NCBI GenBank assembly: GCA_951406725.2
Contig: OX597842.1
Location: forward strand, 4,278,001 to 4,342,000
Reading direction: 5' to 3'
Length of the DNA: 64,000 nt
From: Octopus vulgaris
Lineage: Eukaryota
Each line of letters starts with the position of its first letter. Position 1 is the stretch's first letter. This document shows positions 12,362 to 24,782 of the stretch, piece by piece. Both the position numbers and the translations under genes were made by a program. A model generated the notes under the pieces. The model had not been told where the DNA came from and ran no database searches. It saw only the letters and a list, made by a program, of their open reading frames with translations.

Positions 12362-12584
12362 GCCTTTCTCGCTTTTTTTCTCATATCAAATTCCTACCAT
12401 ATAACATACTTACACATTTAAACAAGCATTACAACAATAAATGGAATAATAATGGAGTTAACTACAGCTACAACAGCAACAACAACAACAGCAACAACAA
12501 CAACAGCATCAATAATAACAACTGCAGTAACAACAACAACAACAGCAGTAAATGCCAACAATTTCAAGGGAAAGAGGAGTTGAA

Positions 12585-12932
12585 TAAATCGACCTGAGTA
12601 CATGACTGGTATTTATTTTATCAAATACAATAGGATGAAAAGCAAAGTCAACCTCGGTGGAATTTGAACTCAGGACGTAAAGACAGACACACGAGATACC
12701 TATTTCTTTACTACCCACAAGGAGCTAAACACAGAGAGGATAAACAAGGACAGGCAAACGGTTTAAGTCGATTATATCGACCCGAGTGTGTAACTGGTAC
12801 TTATTTAATCGACCCTGATAGAATGAAAGGCAAAGTCGACCTCGGCGGAATTTAAACTCAGAATGTAGCGGCAGACGAAATACCGCTAAGCATGTCGCCC
12901 GGCCTGCTAACGTTTCTGCCAGATCGCCGCCT
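12585..12932 (-). mobile_element. Two adjacent or nested SINE family B copies
   Basis: A full reverse copy at ~12700-12932 plus a partial copy at ~12585-12690. Confidence 0.85.
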
Positions 12933-12956
12933 TAACGACCATAATAATAATAATAA

Positions 12957-13242
12957 TTGCAAAAATACAATCCCTTAAAATTTGAAATCGGAAGACTTTT
13001 GAATATGGAAACTGTAAAGGTTGTGTCTGTAAGAATTGGTGCATTGGGAATTGTAAGCAAAGACAAATGGTTGAAGGAGATTGCAATAGAATGTCTTGTA
13101 GAGTTTCAACAGAAAGTCTGTCTCTTAGGGAGAGGAAGGATTATTGGGAGGGTTTCAAGCACTTGAAAGCTTGTTGATACCTAAGGCTACAGGCAGTAAA
13201 CTTGATACTTACAAGGAATAAGAACGAACCAGAGTCAACTCA
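12957..13242 (+). mobile_element. Dong/R4-like (RLE) non-LTR retrotransposon 3' fragment
   Basis: KYNPLKFEIGRL..VKVVSVRIGALGIVSK..QKVCLLGRGRII resembles the RLE C-terminal signature (V..IGALG...QK..LLGT.RI.R); flanked by (TAA)n on both sides. Confidence 0.75.
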
Positions 13243-13783
13243 ATAATAATAATGATAATAGCAATGATTTCAAATTTTGGTACAAACCCAGCAAGAAAGT
13301 CGATTTTAACCCCAGTGTTCGACTGGTACTTATTTTATCGATCCCGAAAGGATGAAAGGCAATGTGAACTTTGGCGGAATTTGAACTCACGTAAATGCCG
13401 CTAAACATTTTGCCCGACGTGCTAACAATTCTGCCAGCTCACCACCTTAACAACAATAGTAACAAAAATAACAACTACAGTTGCAACAAGAACAACAAAA
13501 AGACAAAAACAGAAATTGGGAAAAAATATATCTTGCAAAAACCTCAAAACAACCTGTACATCCACCAACCAGCCAATCAGTCTGCAATTCCCCTGCTGTT
13601 CCAGTTCCATAACAACAACAACAACCATAAAAGTAGTAATGAGTATTAACAACACTACTAATACTACTACTAATAATAACAATAATAATAATAATAATAA
13701 TAATAAAAACAAGAATAACAGCAATTGTGATAACACCGCCGCCACCTACAAAAACAACAGCAACAACAACAATAATCATGATG

Positions 13784-13828
<45 letters not shown>

Positions 13829-14229
13829 TTCATCCGACGCACAATCTCAGAGAGGAAATTAAAACTGGATTATTAATTTACAAAGGGCAGAAAAAAACAA
13901 AAATTATCGCCCCTCCCTCCAACACTTTGATCACGACCTTCCCCTGCCACCCCACATCACATTTCAATATACCATTCGATGGATGAATAAAAATTCCCTT
14001 ATTTTATCATAGATAAAGGAACCTACCCCTCCCTCCCTCCCTCCCTCCCTCCCTCCCATCCCTTCATTCTGATCCTTTCTGTTTTTCGTTCATATGTATA
14101 TTTTAATTTAAGGATTGGAAGAGTGGCGCGGAAACGATATGTGGAGCGGCGGAGTAGGGCGCGGCGGGGCTTGCTTTATGCTTTATATCGTATATTTCCC
14201 CCACCCCTGTTTTCTTTTCAGCATTGTGA

Positions 14230-14270
<41 letters not shown>

Positions 14271-14419
14271 TAATAATAATAATGATAATCCTTTCTACCA
14301 TAGACCTTGAACTTGGGAGGGGGGAAGTTGATTTAATCGACCCCAGTGTTCCACTGGTTCTTATTCCATCGACCCCGAGAGGATGAAAGACTAATGATGA
14401 TGCTGATGGTGATGATAAT

Positions 14420-14565
14420 CTTGGTGTGTTGCAAAAGTTCAGCTTTACTTGGAACTGCGTAAAGTACGATTTGTCTGGGGTTCTTGTCACTTGACAGAAA
14501 GCACAAATCCCCGCTACACACAATGTCTTCAGTCTACAACAGCATACAAAAGAAACGGCGCCTTC
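14420..14565 (+). mobile_element. Dong/R4-like 3' fragment (second subfamily)
   Basis: LQK-SALLGTA with one frameshift, then a short 3' UTR and a (TAA)n tail. Confidence 0.5.
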
Positions 14566-14603
<38 letters not shown>

Positions 14604-14605
14604 TG

Positions 14606-14905
14606 ATGATAAAAAGAGGTAATGAAAATGATTTGAAAATGATTCCAGGCTTACCATCCCTACAGGGAGTGCAAAAAATCGTATTAACTGGAACGGCTCA
14701 TGTACTGAGAAGAGCATTATCACTGTGAAAACAACATCCATTCATAAATTTATTTCTGTATCAAATTTTTTAATACATATTTAATACATATTTACCATGC
14801 AAATTCATTTGCATGTGGGAATGCATACAATGAGCTTCTCTGCCCTAGGTGTATGGAAAACACCCGGCGAGAAACGGAAGAAAATTTGAAGAAAGAAGGA
14901 AAAAC

Positions 14906-14906
<1 letters not shown>
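14606..14906 (+). mobile_element. Dong/R4-like 3' fragment (third subfamily)
   Basis: MIKRGNENDLKMIPGLPSLQGVQKIVLTGTAHVLRRALSL* (14606-14728), 3' UTR, and (TAA)n on both sides. Confidence 0.75.
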
Positions 14907-14937
<31 letters not shown>

Positions 14938-15054
14938 TGGTTTCAAAATTTGACTGAAGGCGAGGAATTTCGGTGAGGGAATAATTTTAAAATGTATAAA
15001 AGTGATGTGATCCTTGTGATACGGGAAGACCTAGAGACAATCGCAGAACACCAC

Positions 15055-15229
15055 CATCAAGGCCAAGTGCCCTCTCCAATTCCTGCCTTCCGACTCAGAG
15101 GTCTATACGTAGAGCGGTATCAGCCACTCTTGCCATTTTTGCAACTTTCAGCCACCTTTCAATAAATTCACTTGAGAATAGCACTCCCTCCCTACCCTGG
15201 TTTTCTTTTTCAAGTGAAATTTGAAAAGG

Positions 15230-15230
<1 letters not shown>
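15055..15230 (-). mobile_element. Tx1/L1-like ORF2 C-terminal fragment
   Basis: SSEFIERWLKVAKMARVADTALRIDL* is homologous to the end of the 22595-23270 element; abuts a (CA)n tract. Confidence 0.6.
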
Positions 15231-15284
<54 letters not shown>

Positions 15285-15300
15285 TACATACATACATACA

Positions 15301-15336
<36 letters not shown>

Positions 15337-15465
15337 TATGGTATAAGATAGAGGTATTAAGCCCTCTAAGGGATAGAAGTATCCGGAGGCACTCCTGGCG
15401 ATTACCTCAGTAAGTATGGTCCTTGGTATAAGGTAATTTAAGAGGAAAACCGTAGTTTAATGAAG

Positions 15466-15604
15466 ACGATAAGAAAATGGACCAAAAACAACAAATAGAA
15501 GTGTGTCTGTTGTGCTGAAAAGCCACAGGTTTAATTAATTAAATAATGGCTTTTTAGCACAACAGACACACTTCTATTTGTTGTTTTTCCTCATTTTCTT
15601 ATCG

Positions 15605-15605
<1 letters not shown>
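15466..15605. repeat. Inverted repeat, ~60-bp arms
   Basis: 15466-15525 is the near-exact reverse complement of 15547-15605; abuts (TA)n. Confidence 0.9.
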
Positions 15606-15660
<55 letters not shown>

Positions 15661-15895
15661 GGCAAGAGAGTAAATTTCGAACGCAGTATATCTATGCAAA
15701 AACAGTTGAGTAAGTTTGGATATTTACCCTTATAAGACGGGAAAAGGAGTCAGCAGGCAGCTACTTTATTTACATATATACACACACAAACACATACATA
15801 CATGTGTGTGTGTGTGTGTATATATATATAATATTCGTAATGAGATTAAAAAAAAACCAAGGCTGAGTAGATTTTAGTACATTTATGAATAGAAG

Positions 15896-15947
15896 GTCTT
15901 ACAGCTGTTTCCAGGATATTTATTAATTATATCCCTTCATCAGAGAC
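15896..15947 (-). ncRNA. Type-I minimal hammerhead ribozyme motif, intact
   Basis: Minus strand GTCT-CTGATGA-AGGGATAT..ATATCCTG-GAAAC-AGCT-GTA-AGAC; all core nucleotides present, palindromic ACAGCTGT stem III. Confidence 0.8.
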
Positions 15948-16070
15948 AGTGTGAGAGGATGGTTAAGTAATAGTTAGTTTCGATGTGATACAAAATAGAG
16001 AGTGAGGTGGAGGAAAGAAAATAGATGCGAGATGTGTAGGGATACTGAATTTGTAGATCTATTGATTAAA

Positions 16071-16387
16071 GACTCCGCCGGTTACGACGACGAGGGTCCC
16101 AGCTGATACGATCAACGGAACAGCTTGCTCGTGAAATTAACGTGCAAATGGCTGAGCATTCCACAGACACGTGTACCCTTAACGTAGTTCTCGGGGATAA
16201 TCAGCGTGACACAGAGAGTGACTAGGCTGATCCTTTGAAATACAAGTACAACTCATTTTTGCCAGCTGAGTGGACTGGAACAACGTGAAATAAAGTGTCT
16301 TGCTCAAGGACACAACGCGTCGCCGGGAATCGAACTCACAACCTTACGATCATGAGCCGAATGCCCTAACCACTAAGCCACGCGCCC
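16071..16387 (-). mobile_element. tRNA-derived SINE, family C, full length with TSD
   Basis: Head GGCGCGTGGCTTAGTGGTTAGGG..GAGTTCGATTCCC..CCTTGAGCAAGACACTT; 12-bp target-site duplication AGATCTATTGAT at 16055-16066 and 16392-16403. Confidence 0.92.
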
Positions 16388-16797
16388 TTACAGATCTATT
16401 GATAGAAAGGGCAAGACAACAAAAGAATGAAAGAGACCTCGATATTATGTAAAGAGAGGAAATTATATTTACAGATATATATATATATCCCTTCTACTAT
16501 AGGCACAAGCCATAAAATTTAGGAGAGGGGACTAGTAGATTACATCGACCCCAGTACTCAGCTGGTATTTAATTTACCGACCTCGGCAGGACGTGAAAAC
16601 AGACGAAATACCGGTAAGCATTTCGCCCGACGTGCTACAGCCTTTCAGTTTCCGTCTACTATAGACCCGTGTCTATAGTAGAAGACACTTGTCTAGGGTG
16701 CCACGCAGCGGGACTGAACCCGGAACCATGTGGTTGAGAAGCAAGCTTCTTTACTACAGTCACACCTGCGCCTATGAATAACTAAGATCTCTTTCCA

Positions 16798-16910
16798 CCA
16801 ATGAAATTGTTTGAATCCTTTGACTACATTTGAAAATCTTTTCACGTGGGTTGTTTATAAACATGGCGAATTTTCTGCCGTCAGTTTCAATTCCGCTTAG
16901 AACCGGAAGT
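16798..16910. promoter_or_regulatory. Promoter-like motif cluster
   Basis: CCAAT 16798-16802, E-box CACGTG 16843-16848, YY1 AACATGGCG 16860-16868 and ETS AACCGGAAGT 16901-16910 in unique sequence. Confidence 0.4.
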
Positions 16911-17601
16911 TTTCAGTCTTTACTTTATTGATAACACATGAAATATGTTCAGGTTTCCAGCTACATTACGCTTACTTCTGTTGTTGTTGTTGTAGTTGTT
17001 GTTACCGCTTTTCCTTTATTTTTTTTACCAAGTGAAAACTCTGAAATAAATTTGATCAATTAACCTAAATTGACTTTAATATGCATCTGCACTTAGCTGA
17101 TCTGTTTTTGCATAGATTTGAAGTTAAACGATTTGATGTTTCGTAAAGTTATGCAATTAATGAATTATTCTGTATGCATTTAAGCAGAATGTACTCTCTC
17201 TCCCCCTCCCGCTGCCACCCTCCCTCTCTCTCTCTCCTTTTCTTCTCTCTCTCTCTCTCTCTCTCTCTCTTCTGTCCTACCACTACCTCTAAAAAAACAT
17301 ACCGGTGTGTCATATATAATTTAATCTAATCCAGTGGCCTGTTGCTGCTTTGGAATTTCTCCCAGTTTTTGCTTGTCCCCCAGGCAGAAATAGATTGTCT
17401 GTAGGGGGAGGGCGGGTAAATAGTCGTGGAAACGCGAGAATAAGGGGCCACTGTGTCAGGACACATATGCGTGCGCGCATAGTCGGTATCGAGAAACTCG
17501 GAGTAAATATTCAAACGGTTTCAACTTCTAATAACAATAGAAACTATTTTTTGTATGGAGTACGCTAGTCTTACTTTGTAAACACAAGTGTGTGTGTGTG
17601 T

Positions 17602-17709
17602 GTTTATTCTTAAAGAAGAATATTGTTGATAGTGACTCCGAAGTTTCGACCAGTTGAGCTATTGCCTGACGAAACTTCGAAGTCACTATGAACTTGTTTA
17701 AGAATAAAC
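17602..17709. repeat. Inverted repeat/hairpin
   Basis: ATAGTGACTCCGAAGTTTCG pairs with CGAAACTTCGAAGTCACTAT (1 mismatch); outer GTTTATTCTTAAA pairs with TTTAAGAATAAAC. Confidence 0.85.
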
Positions 17710-17828
17710 TTGAACTCGCGGATTAATGTAAAATTGGTTTTATTATAACTAACCGTAAAAACAAACATTAACACATATAATGTGGATGTGTCTGTGTGTG
17801 TGTATAACAAACACATATTTAAACGTAT

Positions 17829-17875
<47 letters not shown>

Positions 17876-18228
17876 TATATACATAGAGAGAGAGAGAGAG
17901 AGAGAGAGCTACATACGTAGTGCGTCTCGGACATCAAAGAATTTGACCATATGTGTCATATGGTCGACGCTGACCAATCAGCAAGGTACATTGAAATCAT
18001 TCGCAGCTGGGCCAAACCATCGCCCCATTACCCAAACGAGCCACTACCACCCCCGCTCTCGACTAAACCCTGCGACTGTTCTGGCCGCTCATTGGACCGC
18101 ACCAAGAATGGGGGACATGTCGAAGCAACCAAGCAACCGAGAAGATTTATTATTATTGTTATTCATTGAAGCGGAAGGAGAAAGCAAGGAGAGAGGAAGT
18201 GAAACAGATGGTGACATGAAAGCGTTAA

Positions 18229-18268
<40 letters not shown>

Positions 18269-18411
18269 CAACGGTAGCCTCCCTAAAATTTGGGGGGTAG
18301 GGGAGAGGTCTGACCCTTTAGTTGGTGTCGCCCGTGTGGTTGGATCTGAGAGACGTGTCACGGGTATCCTGGTGGCTTTTACGTTTTTGTTCTTCCTGTG
18401 AAGTTGTCTCC

Positions 18412-18571
18412 GGGTTCAAACACCGCCGAGGTCGACTTTGCCTTTCATCCTTTCGGGGTCGATAAATAAAGTACCAGTTGCGCACTGGTGTCGATGTAGT
18501 TGACTTAATCCCTTTGTCTGTCTTTGTTTCTCCCCTCTATGTTTAGCCCCTTGTGGGCAATAAAGAAATAT
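18412..18571 (+). mobile_element. SINE family B, 5'-truncated
   Basis: Matches family B from the B box to the tail. Confidence 0.85.
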
Positions 18572-18883
18572 ATTTTATTTAATATTTTATACACGCATGC
18601 GCACACGCGTATACTGACTAGAGTAGTATTGGTTGTAGTTACAGGTGTACGTTCCTTTGTTCTGAAACAGTAGCTGCAAAATACTGCACAATGCACATGC
18701 TTACAAAAACGGGTGGCGTAGTTGTTAGGGCGTTTGGCTAACGATCAGCACAAGGCGGGTAATTTCGAGGGAGAGCTAAATCGATCACATCGACCATAGT
18801 GCTCAACTGGTACTTATTTTATCAACCCCGAAAGGACGAAAGGCAAAGTCGACTCGGCGGAATTTGAACTCAGAACGTGAAGA

Positions 18884-19290
18884 TGGCGTAGGAGTGGCTG
18901 TGTGGTAAGTAGCTTGCTTATGAACCACATGGTTCCGGGTTCAGTCCCACTGCGTGGTACCTTGTGCAAGTGCCTTTCTACTATAGCCTCGGGCCGACCA
19001 AAGCCTTGTGAGTGGATTTGGTAGACGGAAACCGAAAGAAGCCTGTCATATATGTATATATATATGTATGTATGTGTTTGTGTTTGCCCCCCCGTCATCG
19101 CTTTACAAGCGATGCTGGTGTGTTTGCGTCCCCGTAACTTAGCGGTTCGGCAAAGAGACCGATAGAAAGTTATTAGTTAGCCAACGAGATATATGGATCG
19201 TTAATTAGTTATAGCGTTCTTTTAAGATTGTTTCTTGGTTTGTTTACAATTAGCTATTTCATCTTTAATCTTTTAATATTTTTATAAGTA

Positions 19291-19338
<48 letters not shown>

Positions 19339-19547
19339 CTGTGTGTGTGTGCGTCTGTGTTGGTTCCCCCAACATCGCTTGACAACCGATGCTGGTGTGT
19401 TTACATCCCCGTAACTTAGCGGTTTGGCAAGAGAGACCGATAGAATAAGTACTAAGCTTACAAAGAATAAGTCCTGATGGCGATTTGCTCCTCTAAAGGC
19501 GGTGCTCCAGCATGGCCACTGAATCAAGTAAAAGGGTAAAAGAGAGT
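18884..19547 (+). mobile_element. SINE family A copies (5' part at 18884-19167 and 3' part at ~19322-19547)
   Basis: Match to the family A consensus. Confidence 0.85.
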
Positions 19548-20139
19548 ATGGACGAAATTTCGCGAAGTCGGAGTGAACCCGAAACGAAAATCCAGCGTTT
19601 AAAGATAACGCGACTGTTTCCGAAATAAAACTCCTGCATTACGGTTTAATAATATTAATTTAGATTTAGAGATACGAATATCAGATGAGTGCAAAGATAT
19701 TAATAGTCGAATTAAGAAGATATTGAATTCGATTCGGAGGTCATCTAAGAAGGTATATGAATTAAATTGGGTGGAAGGTACGGAGTGAAAAATGTTTGAG
19801 GATGGAAAAAAAAAGTATGAAAATACTTAAGGAAATTCCTTTAGATTGGATTAGTATATCTGATAAATTGATTAGAAAATATCGATTAAGGAATTACAAC
19901 TGGAATATAAATGAATCAGCTAGGATTAATTCAAATCTGTGCGTGTATAGTTGTGCCTCTCTATAACGCATCAGGTTACATCTGCGAGTCACCGTTGAAA
20001 TCTGAGTCGTGGAAATCGAGAGGGCATTTATTATTAATAAATGTCAAGTTTCGCTTAACTTTCTGGTACAGAATGCTCAGATGGGATTTGAGAGGTAGAG
20101 GGTTCGATTCTGTGTAGCGGCTTGCTGGCCTCTTTTAGA

Positions 20140-20612
20140 AGCGCAGGTGTGGCTGTGTTGTAAGAAGATTGCTTCCAGGGGTCCGGTTTCAGTGTCTCCT
20201 ATTATAGCCTCGGACCGACCGAAGCCTTGTGAAGGGATTTGGTGGACGGAAACTGAAAGAGACTCGTCGCGTGTATATATATATATAAGTATATAAGTGT
20301 CTTCTACTATAGTCTCGGGCCGACTAAAACCTTGTAAGTGGATTTGGTAGACGGAAATAGAAAGAAGCCCGTCGTATATATGTATGTATATATATATATA
20401 TATATGTGAGTGTGTGTATGTGTTGTGTGTCTGTGTTTGTTCCCCCCCCCCCCCGCTTGACAAGCGATGCTGGTGTGTTTGCGTCCTCGTAACTTAGCGG
20501 TTCGGCAAAGAGACCGATAGAAAAAAGTACCAGTAAGTACTAGGCTTTACAAAAAAAAAAAAGACAGTAGCCCCAGCATGGCTGTAGTCTTATGACTGAA
20601 ACGAATAAAAGA
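20140..20612 (+). mobile_element. SINE family A with duplicated core
   Basis: Core segment (..CTATAGCCTCGG..GGAAACTGAAAGA) is present twice. Confidence 0.8.
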
Positions 20613-21305
20613 AAAAAATGAAGAACAATTGAATTTTTTGTTGGAATAGAAATAAATACCATTGCTGTGCGCATGCGTGCATGTGTGTTTGCATGTATGC
20701 ATATTTGTGTGTATAGACGTATTGCGTGCATACATATATGGCATGCATGTCTCCATAACGTGTGATGGGTGTTTTAAGATGCTTGGTTTCTCTTCATTTC
20801 TTTATATTGTTTTAGCAATCGTTTTGTTTATATTAAAACCGTTTCACAGATTCTCTGCTCCAACGTTTTCTACTTTGAAGTTGATTTAAAATATTAATTT
20901 TCATTTCCAGAGAATTTAATTGTTTTGACATTTAAAGACTTAACGTTCAGTCTCGAAAATGTTTAAGAAAATATAGAAATTAATTCTAACTCTTAGCATC
21001 CGTTTAGAGTACCGTTTAGAGTACCGCTATGGAAGACATAAAATGAATGGGAAAAGAAAAGAAAATAAAGCTCCGACATGAAATGGAATGGAAACAACAA
21101 AATGCGAAAAGTGCATAAACTAAGGTAGAACTTGCTCAAGCGTGCGTGCACACACGTACAAAACATACATATATACGCGCGTGTGTGTGTGTGTGTGTGT
21201 AGCAGTTTGACTCAGTTTCTTGGGCGTAGGAAATGTTAAATGTAATATCGTGTTGAATGTCACTTTCGTTTGCTTGCCCGCTCCCCACTCTCTGTCTCTC
21301 TCTTC

Positions 21306-21704
21306 ATGGCTGTGTGGTAAGTAGCTTGCTTACCAACTACATGGTCCCGGGTTCAGTCTCACTGCGGGGCACCTTGGGCAAGTGTCTTCTACTATAGCCT
21401 CGGGCCGACCAAAGCCTTGTGAGTGAATTTGGTAGACGGAAACTGAAAGAAGCCTGTCGTATATATGTATATATATATATGTGTATGTGTGTGTGTGTGT
21501 GTGTGTGTTTGTCCCCCCAACATCGCTTGACAACTGATGCTGGTGTGTTTACGTCCCCGTAACCTAGCGGTTCGGCAAAAAAGACCGATAGAATAAGTAC
21601 TAGGCTTCCAAAGAATAAGTCCTGGGGTCGATTTGCCCGACTAAAAAGGCGGTGCTCCAGCATGGCCGCAGTCAAATGACTGAAACAAGTAAAAGAGTAA
21701 AGAG
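21306..21704 (+). mobile_element. SINE family A, near full length
   Basis: Match to the family A consensus. Confidence 0.9.
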
Positions 21705-21707
21705 TGT

Positions 21708-21738
<31 letters not shown>

Positions 21739-21836
21739 AAGTAGTATCAAGAACTCCTTAGAGTGAGCAATCGCACTGTAATTCTTTTGGTGGGTTAATC
21801 CGAGTTTGCTTCTCTGAATTATGAATTAGTTAAAAT

Positions 21837-21921
21837 GACCGACACGTGTTTCTGTTGTATAGAGTATGTGCAGTTGATTATGCAACCTGCAATCTACTAC
21901 TCTGCACTTTCATTCCGGGTC
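21837..21921 (-). ncRNA. Degenerate hammerhead motif
   Basis: Minus strand GACC-CGGAATGA (damaged core)-long stem II-GAAAC-ACGT-GTC-GGTC; stem I GACC/GGTC. Confidence 0.45.
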
Positions 21922-21945
21922 TTTCCACAAGTGTAATCCGAGAAG

Positions 21946-22036
<91 letters not shown>

Positions 22037-22249
22037 TTCATTTTTCTTTTCATCTAGTGTCAGCTCACGAGCTGTGATAATAAAATTTTCAGGGTCGATA
22101 GAATGAGGTATTCAAATAGTCAAATGATCAAGGTGGAGTCGGGTATAGCGCACTGTACTAACAATGTGTACTCGCATATACATACTTACTAAAATACGTA
22201 CAGATTTGTTATGCACACAGCCACAATTTCAAGTATTAAACCTCTTTAT

Positions 22250-22332
22250 TCACCTGATGAAAACGGTATTTTGCATAATGTAACTCTTTTGTTCCTCAAT
22301 AAAGCACACATGTTTGAAACAGCTGTAGTCAA
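22250..22332 (+). ncRNA. Type-I minimal hammerhead ribozyme motif
   Basis: CTGATGA 22254-22260, stem II AAAC/GTTT, GAAAC-AGCT-GTA 22316-22327, stem I with one mismatch. Confidence 0.7.
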
Positions 22333-22584
22333 CCTCAACCCATCTATGTTAAGATAGATAGACAGACAGACGCGCGCACACACACACACACACAGAAGCG
22401 ACATTCTTCGTAGAGTTTCCGTCAACCAATTTCTTCACGAGGATTTCGTTCAGCCCGTAACTGTGAAATACACCGCACAACACTCCCTACTGGGTGGAAC
22501 GAACCCAAAACCACGAGAGAGGGTCCTTAAGCGAGATCTTTCATCACATGACCATACTCATAGCTATATTGTTATTATTTAAGG

Positions 22585-23270
22585 CGGCACGTTTGTGAAG
22601 CACGCTTTTCCACAGCACGTCTCTTTGACTGAGCTGCAAACCTGGATTAGGTGGGGTGGGGGACAGGCGATCAATACGGTCGGTGGAAGTTCCTTTCTGG
22701 TGTTCTATAGAGGGTTTGTGGAGGGAAAAGGTGACGACTTTCTCAGAGAAACTCTGGGCATCGATGAAGATCAACCAACCGGTCTGTTTCGGAGAACTTT
22801 CGGGCCTGGACCTATGGATAACTTCCAGAAATCACTTGCCTACCATGGGGCACTGCCTGATCGGGATAAACTTTACTGGCACGAAAGTGCCGTCAGCCAG
22901 TTGTGCCCGAGGTGCGCCCAGAACGATGAAACTGTTCTACACGCCCTAGTCCAGTGTCCGAGTATTGCTGACCTGTGGGTTTATGTCGAACACCCGCTGT
23001 CGCGTGTAGGGTGGATCCGGTTATCAACTGAATCCATTGTGAAGATAGCCCCACCGCCTTCTTTTGGCCGGGAGGCGCAGGCAATTTTTATTTGCGTCGT
23101 GGCTGTAGCGAAAGAGATAGTATGGTGGACCCGTTTGCAAGAGCTAAAGACAGACACTTTCCTCTTTGGCCAAGCCCTCATAAACTTTTTCAGGTTTCCC
23201 TTGAAAAAAGGAAGCTCAGAGTGGAGAGAGAAGTGTTGCCTTGTAGCAAGTTTGTTGAAAGGTCAGCAGA
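22585..23270 (+). mobile_element. Tx1/L1-clade LINE ORF2 C-terminal fragment (zf-RVT-like)
   Basis: ORF 22595-23317 contains CPRCAQNDETVLHALVQCP (CxxC-ET..H...CP zinc knuckle) and ..VAKEIVWWTR..; frameshifted near the end (LKRKLRVEREVL in ORF 23092). Confidence 0.8.
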
Positions 23271-23408
23271 TTGTATCTTCCTGTTTTTGTCTGTTATGTT
23301 GTTTGCATGTCCTTTAATGTTATTGAATGCGAGCACTTGTGGCTAATAACAGAATAAATTATTATTATTATTATTATCATCATCATCATCATCATCATTA
23401 TTATTATT

Positions 23409-23458
<50 letters not shown>

Positions 23459-24782
23459 CATTGTCTGTCCTTGTTTGTCTCCTCTATGTTTAGCCCCTTG
23501 TGGGTAATAAAGAAATATATTATTATTATTATTTTTATTATTATTATCATTGTTATTATGTAAATCAATATTTACACACTGATGACCCTTCCTACCTTTT
23601 AATTACACAATCTCGTCTTTTGTGTTTGTTATTTGTTTGACTTTTAAATCCAATCTATTTCGCTAAAATCGATTATTTTTACTCTCTCCTCTATCTTCCG
23701 GATTACAATACATAAGCACATACAAACACAAGTACATGTACGTATGTATTTATATATACGCATATACATATGTATGCTTATAGGTATGCATTGATGTGTG
23801 TCTGTATATGTATGTGATGTATACACGCACATACACACGCGCATATATAGACATATGCACGTATATATGTATAAATACACATGTATATGTATCCATATAT
23901 ATATGTATGTATGTGTGTGTGTGTGTGTGTGTACATGTGTGTATATATATACACACACACAAATATGTATATATCTGAATTATACATATATATATATATA
24001 TATGTGAGAGAGAGAGAGAGAGAGAGATACATACATACATACATACACACACACACAAATACACATGTATACGTCTGTATGTATATATTTATATATATAT
24101 ATGTGTGTCTATGTATGTGTATAAATATGTATTTGTATATATGAATGTATATATATATATATGTATATTTGTGCGTGTGTCTATATATATATCTTTGTGT
24201 ATACGCACTAATATAGACACATACGCACACATTCACATTTATATACATACATGATGTTACTCTATTATAGATTTAAATTAATCCCTATGGCTCCTTTATA
24301 TTCCATATATATAAACACACCTCCTTAATCTATATACACTCTTATATCAGTTCCTCAAATACTTTACTATTTTAGTTGAAAGTTAATCTCTTCACCAATA
24401 ACAGCAGTCAGCTTGTTTTCTTTCTTCTTTATTTTTTTCTTTTTTTTTCCTCTTCATTGTCCCCTCCCCCATTGTCCCCCCCCCTCTTATTCGAACATTT
24501 TCAATCGATATTTTCTAATCAGTTTATTTATTGCAATTAAGTGATTTCCTTACATATTTATATCTCAATAACATCTCGTTATAGTCTCAATGAAATCTCG
24601 TCATAGCTCTCTCCACACACCTTCCGCTCGATTCTCCTCTGCCGGTGCAGTTAAGATCATGCTTTTGTTAACAAGTGGTTTCGTGTTCAATCCAAATGCG
24701 CGCCACCTTGGACATGTGCGCGACTGTATTCTCCAATTGCCGGCGACAACCAAAGCTTTCTGTGTAAATTTAGTAGAATTTA

